Shown one piece after another: positions 1 to 9,843 of a DNA stretch of 64,000 bases. Position 1 is the stretch's first letter; each line of letters starts with the position of its first letter. Under the pieces are notes generated by a model. It saw only the letters and a list, made by a program, of their open reading frames with translations, was not told the origin of the DNA and searched no databases. The position numbers were made by a program, and so were the translations under genes. This stretch comes from an uncultured Acidobacteriota bacterium. GTDB taxonomy: Bacteria > Acidobacteriota > Thermoanaerobaculia > Multivoradales > SZUA-115. Where the stretch lies: contig CAWDVR010000001.1 of the NCBI GenBank assembly GCA_963805975.1, positions 608,001 to 672,000 on the forward strand, read 5' to 3'.

Positions 1-1340
1 ACCCGGCGGCGATGACCGAGGCCCTCTCCCACAAGGGCCGGATGGTCGCCTCCGGCGATCTGACCGGCACCCCGGCCGAGGAGGCCGTGGAGCGCGCCAT
101 CTCCTTCCTCGAAGCGCGCGGCGCCGGCCGGCGCTCGGTGAACTTCCGGCTGCGCGACTGGCTGATCTCGCGGCAGCGCTACTGGGGCGCGCCGATCCCG
201 ATCCTCTATTGCGGCGCCTGCGGCGCGGTGCCGGTGCCGGAAGAGGATCTGCCGGTGCGGCTGCCGGACGACGTGGACTGGCGGCCGACCGGCGAGAGCC
301 CGCTCAAGCTCCATCCCACGTGGCGGAAGGCGACCTGCCCGCGTTGCGGCGGCGAGGCCGAGCGCGAGACGGACACCATGGACACCTTCATGTGCTCGTC
401 CTGGTACCACCTGCGGTACCTGTCGCCCCACTACGACCAGGGGCCGTACGACCCGCGCGAGTACGCGTACTGGATGCCGGTCGACACCTACAGCGGTGGC
501 ATCGAGCACGCCACCATGCACCTGATCTACACCCGCTTCTTCCACAAGGCGTGCCGCGATCTCGGCATCACCAGCGGGCCGGAGCCGATGCTCGAGCTGC
601 ACAACCAGGGCATCATCCTCGGCGAAGACTCGGAGAAGATGTCGAAGAGCCGCGGCAACGTGGTCGCTCCCGACGGGCTGGTCGAGACCTACGGCGTCGA
701 CACCGTGCGCGCCTACTTGATGTTCTTCGCGCGCTGGGAGCAGGGCGGGCCGTGGAGCTCCTCCGGCATCGAGGGCACGGCGCGCTGGCTGCGCCGCCTG
801 TGGGTACTGGTGACGGCGCCGCCCGGCGCTGCCGGCGAAGCGGACACGGCCACTCTCCGTGCCCTCAAACGCAAGCTCCACCAGACCATCGCGCAGGTGA
901 CTCGCGACTTCGAGAACCTGAGCTTCAACACCGTGATCTCGAGCCTCATGGAGCTCGCCAACGAGATGGGGCGCACGGCCCAGGCCGGCGCCGCCGGAAC
1001 GCCGGAGTGGGAGGAGGCGGTGGACGTCTACCTGCGCCTGCTGGCGCCGGTAGCGCCGCACATCTCGGAGGAGCTGTGGTCGCGGCTGGGCAAGCCGTAC
1101 TCCATCCACCAGCAGCCCTGGCCGCAGGCGGACGCGGCGGCAGCGGCCGAGGAGGAGATCACCCTGGTGGTGCAGGTCAACGGCAAGGTGCGGGACCGTA
1201 TCGTGCTCCCGACCGGGACCGGCGAGGAGGAGGCCCGTCGCGCCGCCCTGGCCTCCGAGACGGTACAGCGCTTCCTCGCCGGCCAGGAGCCGCGCAAGGT
1301 GATCGTGGTGCCCGGACGGCTGGTGAACATCGTGGCGTAG
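1..1340 (+). CDS. leuS: Leucine--tRNA ligase, C-terminal part (5' end outside the window)
   Basis: RLRDWLISRQRYWGAPIP, ETDTMDTFMCSSWY, GGIEHATMHLIY, KMSKS signature and C-terminal VQVNGKVR...LVNIV. Confidence 0.97.
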   Translation, partial: PAAMTEALSHKGRMVASGDLTGTPAEEAVERAISFLEARGAGRRSVNFRLRDWLISRQRYWGAPIPILYCGACGAVPVPEEDLPVRLPDDVDWRPTGESPLKLHPTWRKATCPRCGGEAERETDTMDTFMCSSWYHLRYLSPHYDQGPYDPREYAYWMPVDTYSGGIEHATMHLIYTRFFHKACRDLGITSGPEPMLELHNQGIILGEDSEKMSKSRGNVVAPDGLVETYGVDTVRAYLMFFARWEQGGPWSSSGIEGTARWLRRLWVLVTAPPGAAGEADTATLRALKRKLHQTIAQVTRDFENLSFNTVISSLMELANEMGRTAQAGAAGTPEWEEAVDVYLRLLAPVAPHISEELWSRLGKPYSIHQQPWPQADAAAAAEEEITLVVQVNGKVRDRIVLPTGTGEEEARRAALASETVQRFLAGQEPRKVIVVPGRLVNIVA

Positions 1341-1350
1341 GAAGAGCCCT

Positions 1351-2382
1351 TCAGCGCGCCGCGTTCTTCGCTTCCGGGATCGCCTCGAGGATGCGGTGGA
1401 TGAGGTCTTTCTGGATGGCGCGGGACCAGCCGCTCACCCGGTAGAGGATCACGCCCTCGTGGTCCGCCAGGATGAAGGTGGGCACGGCGGTGATCTCGAA
1501 GTCCCGATCGAGCGCCTGGCTCTCGTCGTAGATCTGCGGCCAGCTCATGCCGAGCTCGGCGACCAGCTCCCGGAGCCGCACGTCCGTGCGGTCGGTCGAG
1601 ATGCTCAGCACAGAAAAAGGCTCCGTCGCCGAGCGCTTGTTCCAGCGCTGGAGCTCGGGGACCGCTTCGCGGCAGAGAGCGTTCCCGGTCTCCCAGAAGC
1701 TGAACAGCACCACCTTGCCGAGCAGGGCCTCGTCGGTGAGGCGCCGGCCGTCGAGCGTCACGGCCTCGAAATCCGGCACCATGGGGACTCGGCCGCGCCG
1801 GGGGTTGGCGATCAGCGCCCGCGCCCGAGCGGCCTTCGGGGACTGGGGGAACTGCTCGAGGAACCGCTTCAGCTCCTCGACGCCGTGCTCGTCCTGGCCG
1901 AGCTTGAGCAGCACCCCGCCGAGGTCGTAGCGCGCGGTCACCAGCTTTCCACCCGAGACCTCGAGCGCCTGGCGCAACGACTCGGCCGCGGCGGTGAGCT
2001 GTTCCTCGGTGGCGCCGCCGCCGCGGAGGAGGGTCTGGCCGAGCAGGTAGTGGGCCTCGGCCTTGTCCTCCGGCTCCACCGCTGCGTCGATCGCGCGCCG
2101 GGCGTACGACTCGGCGTCCGGCCAGGAGCCGAAGCAGGTGTAGGCGCGGGCTGCGCCGTTCAGCACCACGAAGGTTGGCGTGGGTGCCAGCTTCTCCGCC
2201 TTGCGGAAAGCCTTGATGGCGCTGGAGCAATCCTTCTGCGAGAGAAGATCCTGCCCTTCATCGATCAGTTCTTCGTAGGTGGCAGGTTTGTCTTCGGCTG
2301 CCGTATCTCGGGCGGCGGCCAACGCCATCCCGAGCACCAGGAAGGAGAGGCCAAGCACCAGCCGGCGGCAGGGGAGGCTCAT
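1351..2382 (-). CDS. Exported TPR-repeat protein with a C-terminal TlpA/AhpC-TSA (redoxin) domain
   Basis: ATG at 2382 (MSLPCRRLVLGLSFLVLGMALAA signal peptide); TPR-like helices (AEAHYLLGQTL, ARYDLGGVLLKLG); thioredoxin-like PDFEAVTLDG...GKVVLFSFW...ITAVPTFIL. The ORF-track extension to 3774 is spurious overlap with rocD. Confidence 0.8.
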   Translation of the reverse strand: MSLPCRRLVLGLSFLVLGMALAAARDTAAEDKPATYEELIDEGQDLLSQKDCSSAIKAFRKAEKLAPTPTFVVLNGAARAYTCFGSWPDAESYARRAIDAAVEPEDKAEAHYLLGQTLLRGGGATEEQLTAAAESLRQALEVSGGKLVTARYDLGGVLLKLGQDEHGVEELKRFLEQFPQSPKAARARALIANPRRGRVPMVPDFEAVTLDGRRLTDEALLGKVVLFSFWETGNALCREAVPELQRWNKRSATEPFSVLSISTDRTDVRLRELVAELGMSWPQIYDESQALDRDFEITAVPTFILADHEGVILYRVSGWSRAIQKDLIHRILEAIPEAKNAAR

Positions 2383-2393
2383 GCCGAGCTGCT

Positions 2394-3635
2394 TCAGGCG
2401 AGCGTCGTCAGCACCTTCTCGATGCGCTCGATGGCCCAGTCGAGCTCGGCCTGCTCGATGACCAGCGGGGGAGCGATGCGGATCACGTGCTCGTGGGTCT
2501 CTTTGCAGAGCAGGCCCTCGGCGACCAAGGCCTCGCAGAAGCGGCGGGCGCCGCCGGCTTCCGGCCGGAGCACGATGCCCACCCAGAGGCCCCGGCCTCG
2601 CACCACGTCGACGTGCGGCGAGCGGATGGCGGAGAGCCGCTCGAGCAGGTAGGCGCCGAGGCGCGCGGAGCGCTCGATCATTCCTTCCGAGATCAGCACG
2701 TCGAGGGCGGCGCGGGCCACGGCGGCGGCCACCGGGTTGCCGCCGTAGGTGGAACCATGGCTCCCCGGCGTGAAGACGTTCATCAGCTCGTCGTCGGCGA
2801 GGAAGGCGGACACCGGGTAGAGGCCGCCGGAGAGCGCCTTGCCGAGGACCACTCCGTCCGGTCGGATGCCCTCGTGCTCGTAGGCGAAGAGCTTGCCGGT
2901 GCGGCCGAGGCCGGACTGGATCTCGTCGGCCACCAGCAGCACCCGATGCCGCGTGCAGATCTCGCGGAGGCGCTTCAGGTAGCCGTCCGGCGGCACGATG
3001 ATGCCGCCCTCGCCCTGGATCGGCTCGACCAGCACGGCGGCGGTGTTGGGGGTGATGGCGCGCTCCACCGCCTCGGCGTCGCCGAACGGCAGCACGGCGA
3101 AGCCCGGTGTGAACGGGCCGAACCCGTCGCGATAGCCGGCCTCGGAGGAGAAGCCCACGATGGTCGTGGTGCGGCCATGGAAGTTGTTGTCGAAAGCGAG
3201 GATCTCGGCCTGGCCGTCCGGCACGCCCTTCACCGTGTAGGCCCACCGGCGGGCGGCCTTGATGGCGGTCTCCACGGCCTCGGCCCCGGTGTTCATCGGC
3301 AGCACGCGATCGAAGCCGCTGAGCGTCGCCAGATCGCGGCAGAAGAGGCCGAGCTGGTCGTTGCGAAAGGCGCGCGAGGTGAGCGCCACGCGGCCGAGCT
3401 GCTCGATGAGCGCCGCGACGATCCGCGGGTGCAGGTGGCCCTGGTTGACGGAGGAGTAGGCGGCCAAGAGATCCATGTACTTCCGGCCCTCGACGTCCCA
3501 CACCCAGATGCCCTGGGCGCGCTGGATCACCACGTCGAGCGGGTGGTAGGTGTGGGCCCCGTACAGCTCCTCGAGCGCGATGAGATCGGCGGTGGTTTCG
3601 GGGGTTTTGGTGGAGCTGTCGAGCGCGATGGACAT
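2394..3635 (-). CDS. rocD: Ornithine--oxo-acid aminotransferase (class III PLP)
   Basis: [76 protein letters not shown]. Confidence 0.95.
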   Translation of the reverse strand: MSIALDSSTKTPETTADLIALEELYGAHTYHPLDVVIQRAQGIWVWDVEGRKYMDLLAAYSSVNQGHLHPRIVAALIEQLGRVALTSRAFRNDQLGLFCRDLATLSGFDRVLPMNTGAEAVETAIKAARRWAYTVKGVPDGQAEILAFDNNFHGRTTTIVGFSSEAGYRDGFGPFTPGFAVLPFGDAEAVERAITPNTAAVLVEPIQGEGGIIVPPDGYLKRLREICTRHRVLLVADEIQSGLGRTGKLFAYEHEGIRPDGVVLGKALSGGLYPVSAFLADDELMNVFTPGSHGSTYGGNPVAAAVARAALDVLISEGMIERSARLGAYLLERLSAIRSPHVDVVRGRGLWVGIVLRPEAGGARRFCEALVAEGLLCKETHEHVIRIAPPLVIEQAELDWAIERIEKVLTTLA

Positions 3636-3724
3636 GGCCTGGATGGTAGCACGGAGGGCCGCCCCAATCAGGCCTCGCGGCCGGCCGGCGAACCCATCGC
3701 TCCGGCTCGCGTATCATCCTTTGG

Positions 3725-6700
3725 ATGCCTACCACCTCGGCCACGCTCCCCATCCTGATCGACGAGCTGCGCAAAGACCCGCGGCTCGCGGCGAGCGTCG
3801 CCTACAGCGCTTTCCTGCCGCCGTCCGAGGCGCGCTACGGCGTGCTCGACCCGCCGCTGGCGGACCCGCTGGTGGCGGCGCTCGAGTCGACCGGCGCGCG
3901 CAAGCTGTGGAGCCACCAGACGGCGGCTCTCGCAGCCGTGCGGCGCGGCGAGGACGTGCTGGTGACCACCCCCACGGCCTCGGGGAAGTCCCTGGTCTTC
4001 CACCTGCCGGTGCTCGAGGAGGCGCTGGCCGGCGGGCCGGGCCGGGCGCTTTGTCTCTTCCCCTTGAAGGCCCTGGGGCAGGACCAGCGGGCCAAGCTCG
4101 GGGCCCTGGCGCGCGCCGCCGGCCTGGGGCCCGATACCGCCGGCTGCGAGATCTACGACGGCGACACGCCGCGGACCGAGCGCCAGCGCATTCGCCTCGC
4201 GCCACCCCGCATCCTGATCTCGAACCCGGACATGCTCCACGCCGGCCTCCTTGCCCGGCTCGACAACTGGCGCCCTTTCTTCGCCGACCTCCGGTGGATC
4301 GTGCTCGACGAGATCCACACCTACCGCGGCATCTTCGGCAGCCACTTCCACCACGTGCTGGCACGGCTGCTGCGCGCCTGCCGCGCGGAGGGCGCGAGCC
4401 CGAGCCTGATCGCCTCGTCCGCCACCGCCGCGAACGCCGCCGAGTTCGCGGGCCTGCTCTCCGGCCGGAGCTTCCACTGGGTCAGCGAGTCCGGGGCGCC
4501 GCGCGAGGGGCGTCACTTCGTGCTGCTGCGGCCCGAGGCGAGCCCTTACACCACGGCCCTGCGGCTCTTCGTCCACCTGCTCGCGTCCGGGATGAAGACC
4601 ATCGTCTTCACCAAGGCGCGGCGCATCACCGAGCTCCTCTACTCCTGGCTCCGGCGCCAGGAGCCGGAGCTGGCGCGCGGGGTGGCGAGCTACCGCTCCG
4701 GTTTCCTGCCCGAGGAGCGGCGGGGCATCGAGCGGCGGCTCTTCGACGGTGAGCTCAAGGGCGTGATCTCCACCTCGGCGCTCGAGATGGGGATCGACGT
4801 CGGCGGCCTCGACGCCTGCGTGCTGGTGGGCTATCCCGGCAGCATGATGGCCACCTGGCAGCGCGCCGGGCGGGTGGGGCGGGCCGGGCAGGAGTCGCTG
4901 ACGGCGATGGTCGCCATGCCGGATGCTCTCGACCAGTACATCCTCGATCATCCGGCGGAGTTCCTGGAGCGGCCCTGCGAACGGCTGGTGGTCGATCCCG
5001 GCAACGAGCCGGTGGCGCGCGCGCACCTGGTCTGCGCCGCCGCCGAGATGCCGCTCTCGCGCCAGCGCGACGCCGCCTATCTCGAAGCCTTTGCGCCGCT
5101 GGTGGGGGACTTGCTCGCCACGGGAGAGCTCGTGGAGGACGAAGGGCGCGCCGAGATCCGCGCCACGAACCGCCGGCCGCACCGGGACGTGAGCCTGCGC
5201 GGCACGGGCCGCACCGCGCAGATCCTCGAGGCCGGCACCGGGCGCACGATCGGCACCGTGGACGGCATCCGCGTGCTGCACGAGTGCCATCCGGGCGCCG
5301 TCTACCTCCACGCGGGCAAGCAGTTCCTGGTGCGGGACCTGGACCTGGAGGCGCACAAGGTGTGGGCCGAGCGGGTGGAGGTGGACTACTTCACCACGCC
5401 CTTGACCGAAAAAGAGACCGAGATCCGCGAGGTGCTCTCCACCGCGGCCGAGCCTCTGCGGAGCCGCCTCGGCCGCCTGCTGGTGACCGAGCGGGTGGTG
5501 GGCTTCGAAGAGAAGCGCCTGGGCTCGCAGGAGGTGCTGGCGCGGCACCCCCTGGAGCTGCCCGAGTCGCGCTTCGAGACCGTCGGCCTGTGGTGGGAGG
5601 TGCCGCGCGCGCTCGAAGAAGCCCTGCGCCTGGCCGGCGACCACTACCTGGGTGCTCTCCACGCCAGCGAGCACGCGGCGATCTCGCTCTATCCGCTGCT
5701 GGCGCTCTGCGATCGCAGCGACATCGGCGGCATCTCCTACCCGCTCCACCCGCAGGTGGGGAGCGGCGCGGTCTTCGTCTACGACGGCCATCCGGGCGGC
5801 GTGGGCATCGCGGCGCGGGTCTTCACCGAGCTGCCGGCGCTCCTCGCGCGGGTGCTCGAGCTGGTCACGAGCTGCGCCTGCGACGGCGGCTGCCCGTCCT
5901 GCGTGCAGTCTCCCAAGTGCGGCAACGGCAACCGGCCGCTGGACAAGGCCGGCGCGGCGCGGCTGCTGCGGCTGCTCCTGGGCCGCGAGCTGGTGCCGCC
6001 GGAGGCCCTGGCCGCGGCCGAGCGCCCGCGCGCTGTGACCGCTGTCGCCCCTCGCCGGCCCTCGGTGGCGCCGGAGCTGAAGGCGCCCGTGCCGCCCATC
6101 CCGCCGCCGGCACCCATCCTCCTGGAGGCGGCGGTCCAGGTGACGTACCTTCCCGCGGCTCCTGCCGTTTCGCCGGCGCCGTCGAGCGGGGCGGCGGTGG
6201 TCGGGGACGCGGTACGCATCGAGCCGCCGCGCTCCTGGGTCGCCGGAACCTGGGTGCCGGCCCCGGGTGTGAAGCTCAGGAACACGGTGCTCTTCGACGT
6301 CGAGACCCGGCGTGCGGCGTCGGAGGTGGGAGGCTGGGGCAACGCGCACCGCATGGGGGTCGCGATCGGCGTCGCCTGCCTGCTCGAAGAGGGCCGCTTC
6401 GAGGTCTTCGACGAGAGCCGGGTGCGCGAGCTCACGGCGCTGCTCAAGAGCGCGGACCTGGTGGTGGGCTTCAACATCCGCCGGTTCGACTACCTGGTGC
6501 TCTCCGGCTACACGGGCGAGGATCTCAACCGGCTGGTGCCGACCTTCGACCTGCTGGAGGACGTCCACCACCGGCTCGGCCACCGGGCCGGGCTGGGGAA
6601 CTTGGCGCAGGCGACGCTCGGCACGGCCAAGTCAGCGGACGGCCTGCAGAGCCTCGAGTGGGTGAAGCAGGGCCGGCTCGACCTGGTGACCGACTACTGC

Positions 6701-6811
6701 CGCAAGGACGTGGAGATCCTGCGCGACCTCTACCTCTTCGGCCGCCGCGAGGGCTGCATCTACTACCCGGACAAGCGCGGCGAGCGCCTGAAGCTCACGG
6801 TGGAGTGGTAG
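3725..6811 (+). CDS. SF2 DEAH-box helicase with DUF1998 (MrfA/SftH/Hrq1-like) fused to a C-terminal RNase_H_2/DEDD exonuclease domain
   Basis: TPTASGKS, FPLKALGQDQ, NPDMLH, DEIH, SAT, TSALEMGID, QRAGRVGR; DUF1998 YDGHPGGVG...CACDGGCPSC; then FDVET...GFNIRRFDY...YCRKDV. Confidence 0.9.
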   Translation: MPTTSATLPILIDELRKDPRLAASVAYSAFLPPSEARYGVLDPPLADPLVAALESTGARKLWSHQTAALAAVRRGEDVLVTTPTASGKSLVFHLPVLEEALAGGPGRALCLFPLKALGQDQRAKLGALARAAGLGPDTAGCEIYDGDTPRTERQRIRLAPPRILISNPDMLHAGLLARLDNWRPFFADLRWIVLDEIHTYRGIFGSHFHHVLARLLRACRAEGASPSLIASSATAANAAEFAGLLSGRSFHWVSESGAPREGRHFVLLRPEASPYTTALRLFVHLLASGMKTIVFTKARRITELLYSWLRRQEPELARGVASYRSGFLPEERRGIERRLFDGELKGVISTSALEMGIDVGGLDACVLVGYPGSMMATWQRAGRVGRAGQESLTAMVAMPDALDQYILDHPAEFLERPCERLVVDPGNEPVARAHLVCAAAEMPLSRQRDAAYLEAFAPLVGDLLATGELVEDEGRAEIRATNRRPHRDVSLRGTGRTAQILEAGTGRTIGTVDGIRVLHECHPGAVYLHAGKQFLVRDLDLEAHKVWAERVEVDYFTTPLTEKETEIREVLSTAAEPLRSRLGRLLVTERVVGFEEKRLGSQEVLARHPLELPESRFETVGLWWEVPRALEEALRLAGDHYLGALHASEHAAISLYPLLALCDRSDIGGISYPLHPQVGSGAVFVYDGHPGGVGIAARVFTELPALLARVLELVTSCACDGGCPSCVQSPKCGNGNRPLDKAGAARLLRLLLGRELVPPEALAAAERPRAVTAVAPRRPSVAPELKAPVPPIPPPAPILLEAAVQVTYLPAAPAVSPAPSSGAAVVGDAVRIEPPRSWVAGTWVPAPGVKLRNTVLFDVETRRAASEVGGWGNAHRMGVAIGVACLLEEGRFEVFDESRVRELTALLKSADLVVGFNIRRFDYLVLSGYTGEDLNRLVPTFDLLEDVHHRLGHRAGLGNLAQATLGTAKSADGLQSLEWVKQGRLDLVTDYCRKDVEILRDLYLFGRREGCIYYPDKRGERLKLTVEW

Positions 6812-7017
6812 GCGTGTCGTAGCTCCGGCTACCACCCTCGAAGCCTCGAACCTCTGGCCCCTGGCGGAACGTCGCTCTGGGTCGAGAGCGCTGGGCAGTC
6901 GTGCAGGAAGGCGATGCCTCTCCTCACGTCCCGGTCGGCGCACCGGGCCAAGGTCCGATGGTACTTCAGCGCCTAATCGGATATGCTGTTAAATTAGGCA
7001 ACTACGGGAGGATCTAA

Positions 7018-7809
7018 ATGCCTGAGAAGAAAGCTGGGAAGGAAAAAGATCTCGAGAAGTACGACGACCTAGACAATCGTCACGACAAGTACCAGTCGGA
7101 TTTGGATAAAGGGCCAGACGCATTCTATCGGCGTGGCGAGGAGATCTCAGCCGATATGAGCGAAGAGGCCCGAGTCTCGCTCGAGATTCGCGAGAACAAG
7201 CAGAACGCGGCGCAGCTGACGAAACAGCTTCAGGAACTTGAGGTCGAGCGACAGAGGAAGGAATCCGAACTCTTGAAGCTCCGCGAGGAGTACATGGAAC
7301 GCGAGAATCGGAAGCCACCAGACTACGCGGAATCAACCGCTGGACGCGCGGAGATTGACCACGCCTACTCGGTCGTCTACACGTGGGCGCGGAACCAAAC
7401 GGATCAGTCGCTTTACGACGAGCATTGGAGAACCTGGCACAACCCTAGTCTTACACCAATTCAGCGGCAAGGCGCCCTGACCGCGATCAGCGATCGCCTG
7501 AATCGGCGGGAATTTAAGTTGCCCACTAACCGTCCTAAGGCAGAGTCACGGCGCCAGGCCCAATCAGAAGGCCATGCCTTCCCACCCGCAGTGCAAGACG
7601 CCGCCGAGTACAAAGACTACTACGTTAAGTTGAGAAGGTTCGCGGTCGCACTAACGCCCAAGCACCTGAGGGAGAACTTCAATCATGTTCATTCTCAGGT
7701 GTGTGCGACCAGCGATCCAGGGCTGCCGGAGTTGCTGCAACTAAAAGCGTATCTGCTCGATCTGCTTGCACGTCTAAGGTTTGCGCAAGATTACGCGGAG
7801 TCGCACTAG
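7018..7809 (+). CDS. Hypothetical charged coiled-coil protein in a lower-GC islet
   Basis: 263-aa ORF with a GGAGG RBS; E/K/R-rich heptad-like segment; more A/T-ending codons than the flanks; no family recognised. Confidence 0.6.
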   Translation: MPEKKAGKEKDLEKYDDLDNRHDKYQSDLDKGPDAFYRRGEEISADMSEEARVSLEIRENKQNAAQLTKQLQELEVERQRKESELLKLREEYMERENRKPPDYAESTAGRAEIDHAYSVVYTWARNQTDQSLYDEHWRTWHNPSLTPIQRQGALTAISDRLNRREFKLPTNRPKAESRRQAQSEGHAFPPAVQDAAEYKDYYVKLRRFAVALTPKHLRENFNHVHSQVCATSDPGLPELLQLKAYLLDLLARLRFAQDYAESH

Positions 7810-8016
7810 CGGCGGATGGGAGCCTCCGGAATCACACGTTCGACGACGGTTACAGCGGGACTCCTTGAGCTCAGTTCGAGGGCCCAAAACCTCGACCTTC
7901 AGTGCGAGCCTCACGGTGCGGGTATCCTCCCGGGGCACTCGGCGCCCCGAGCTGGGCCACCCACTCGCAATCGAGACTTGGACGAGCGCTTCCCGGCGCC
8001 CTGCTAGACTTTCTCG

Positions 8017-8877
8017 ATGCGACGGCATCCGCCCGGTGACACAGAGCAGGCAGCCGGCGAGGAGCGCCGCTACCACCACCGGTGGGGCAAGCGCACCGAC
8101 TCGGTGGAGGACCGGCAGTTTCTCGCCGGGCCGCGCTCGCGCACCGCGGAGCTGCTGCGGCTCTTCCGCATCGCGGGTGAGTTCATCCGCGGCTTTCGCC
8201 GGCTGCACTTCGTCGGCCCCTGCGTCACCGTGTTCGGCTCGGCCCGCTTCCCCCCCGAGCACCGCTTCTATGCCCTGGGGCAGGAAATGGGCTCGCGACT
8301 GGCGCGCGCCGGCTTCACGGTGATGACCGGCGGCGGCCCCGGCATCATGGAGGCGGCCAACCGCGGGGCGCGCGAGGCCGGCGGCACCTCCATCGGCTGC
8401 AACATCCGCCTGCCGAGAGAGCAAGACCCCAATCCCTACCTCGACACCTTCCTCGAGTTCCGCTACTTCTTCGTCCGCAAGGTGATGCTGGTCAAGTACT
8501 CCTACGCCTTCGTGGTGCTGCCCGGCGGCTTCGGCACTCTCGACGAGGTCTTCGAGACCCTCACCCTGATCCAGACCGGCAAGATCTACAACTTCCCGCT
8601 GGTGCTGATGGGCACGGACTACTGGTCCGGGCTGCTGGACTTCTTCCGCGGCACGCTGCTCGCCGAGCGCACCATCGACGCCCAGGATCTCGACCGCATC
8701 CTGGTCACGGACTCGCCCGAGGAGGCCATGCAGGCGATCGTCGCCGCCGCGACCGGCCCCTTCGGCCTCGAGCTCCAGCCCATCCAGCCGCAGCCCCTCC
8801 TGGGCGAGAGCGCACCGCAACCAGGCGTGACGCCGCTGCCCATCCGCAAGCCCGTGCCGGCTGCCGGCGGTTCGTAG
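8017..8877 (+). CDS. LOG family (TIGR00730) nucleotide monophosphate phosphoribohydrolase
   Basis: VTVFGSAR, TGGGPGIMEAANRGA, FFVRKVMLVK, PGGFGTLDE. Confidence 0.93.
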   Translation: MRRHPPGDTEQAAGEERRYHHRWGKRTDSVEDRQFLAGPRSRTAELLRLFRIAGEFIRGFRRLHFVGPCVTVFGSARFPPEHRFYALGQEMGSRLARAGFTVMTGGGPGIMEAANRGAREAGGTSIGCNIRLPREQDPNPYLDTFLEFRYFFVRKVMLVKYSYAFVVLPGGFGTLDEVFETLTLIQTGKIYNFPLVLMGTDYWSGLLDFFRGTLLAERTIDAQDLDRILVTDSPEEAMQAIVAAATGPFGLELQPIQPQPLLGESAPQPGVTPLPIRKPVPAAGGS

Positions 8878-8892
8878 GCCGCGGAGACTCGC

Positions 8893-9843
8893 GTGGCGAT
8901 CGCAGGAGAAAGCACGGCGCCAGCGCGGCCGGAAACCGGCGTCGTGCTGCCCCGCTTCGCGCTCCTCGGGGCGGCGGCCCTGTTCTCGACCGGTGGCGCG
9001 GCGATCAAGGCCACGGTGCTCTCGGGCTGGCAGGTGGCCTGCCTGCGCTCCGGCATCGCGGTGGCGGTGCTCGCGCTCTGGCTGGTGGTGGCGCGCGGCT
9101 CCCGGCCGCGGTTCACCCCCACCGTGTGGCTGGTGGCGGCCGTCCATGGCGCGACCATGGTGCTGTTCGTCACCGCCAACAAGCTGACCACGGCGGCGAG
9201 CGCCATCTTCCTGCAATCCACCGCGCCGCTCTACCTGCTGCTGCTCTCACCCTGGCTGCTGGGCGAGAAGGTGCGGGCCAGAGACCTGGCCTACATGCTG
9301 GTGCTGGCGGTGGGCCTCGCGTCCTTCTTCGTGGGCCTCGAACCGGCCTCGGCCACCGCCCCGGCGCCGCTCGCCGGCAACCTGCTCGGCGCCATCGCCG
9401 GCCTCACCTGGGCGCTCACCGTGATCGGCCTGCGCTGGCTGGGCTCCCGCTCGCCCGGGGCAGGGGGCGCCGGCGCCAGCGCGGACGTGACGGCCGTGCT
9501 CTGCGGCAACCTCCTCGCCTCGCTCGCGACCTTGCCGTGGGCCCTGCCGATCGCCGCCGAGCCGCGGGACTGGCTGGTCGTGCTCTACCTGGGCGCGCTC
9601 CAGATCGCGCTGGCTTACATTTTCCTCACCATCGGCACCCGGCGGGTGCCGGCGCTCGAGGCCTCGCTCCTGCTGCTGCTCGAACCCGTGCTCTCCTCGG
9701 TCTGGGCCTGGTGGTTCCACGGCGAGATGCCGGGCCCATGGTCCCTGGCCGGGGGTGCCCTGATCGTCGCGAGCACGGCGGTCAAGACCTGGCTCGATGC
9801 CCGGCAAGGGCCCCCTCTCGCGGCAGCCGCTTCGAGCGCATGA
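8893..9843 (+). CDS. DMT/EamA family transporter
   Basis: About 10 hydrophobic segments in two EamA repeats (LQSTAPLY...LLGEK; EASLLLLLEPV...GE). Confidence 0.9.
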   Translation: MAIAGESTAPARPETGVVLPRFALLGAAALFSTGGAAIKATVLSGWQVACLRSGIAVAVLALWLVVARGSRPRFTPTVWLVAAVHGATMVLFVTANKLTTAASAIFLQSTAPLYLLLLSPWLLGEKVRARDLAYMLVLAVGLASFFVGLEPASATAPAPLAGNLLGAIAGLTWALTVIGLRWLGSRSPGAGGAGASADVTAVLCGNLLASLATLPWALPIAAEPRDWLVVLYLGALQIALAYIFLTIGTRRVPALEASLLLLLEPVLSSVWAWWFHGEMPGPWSLAGGALIVASTAVKTWLDARQGPPLAAAASSA

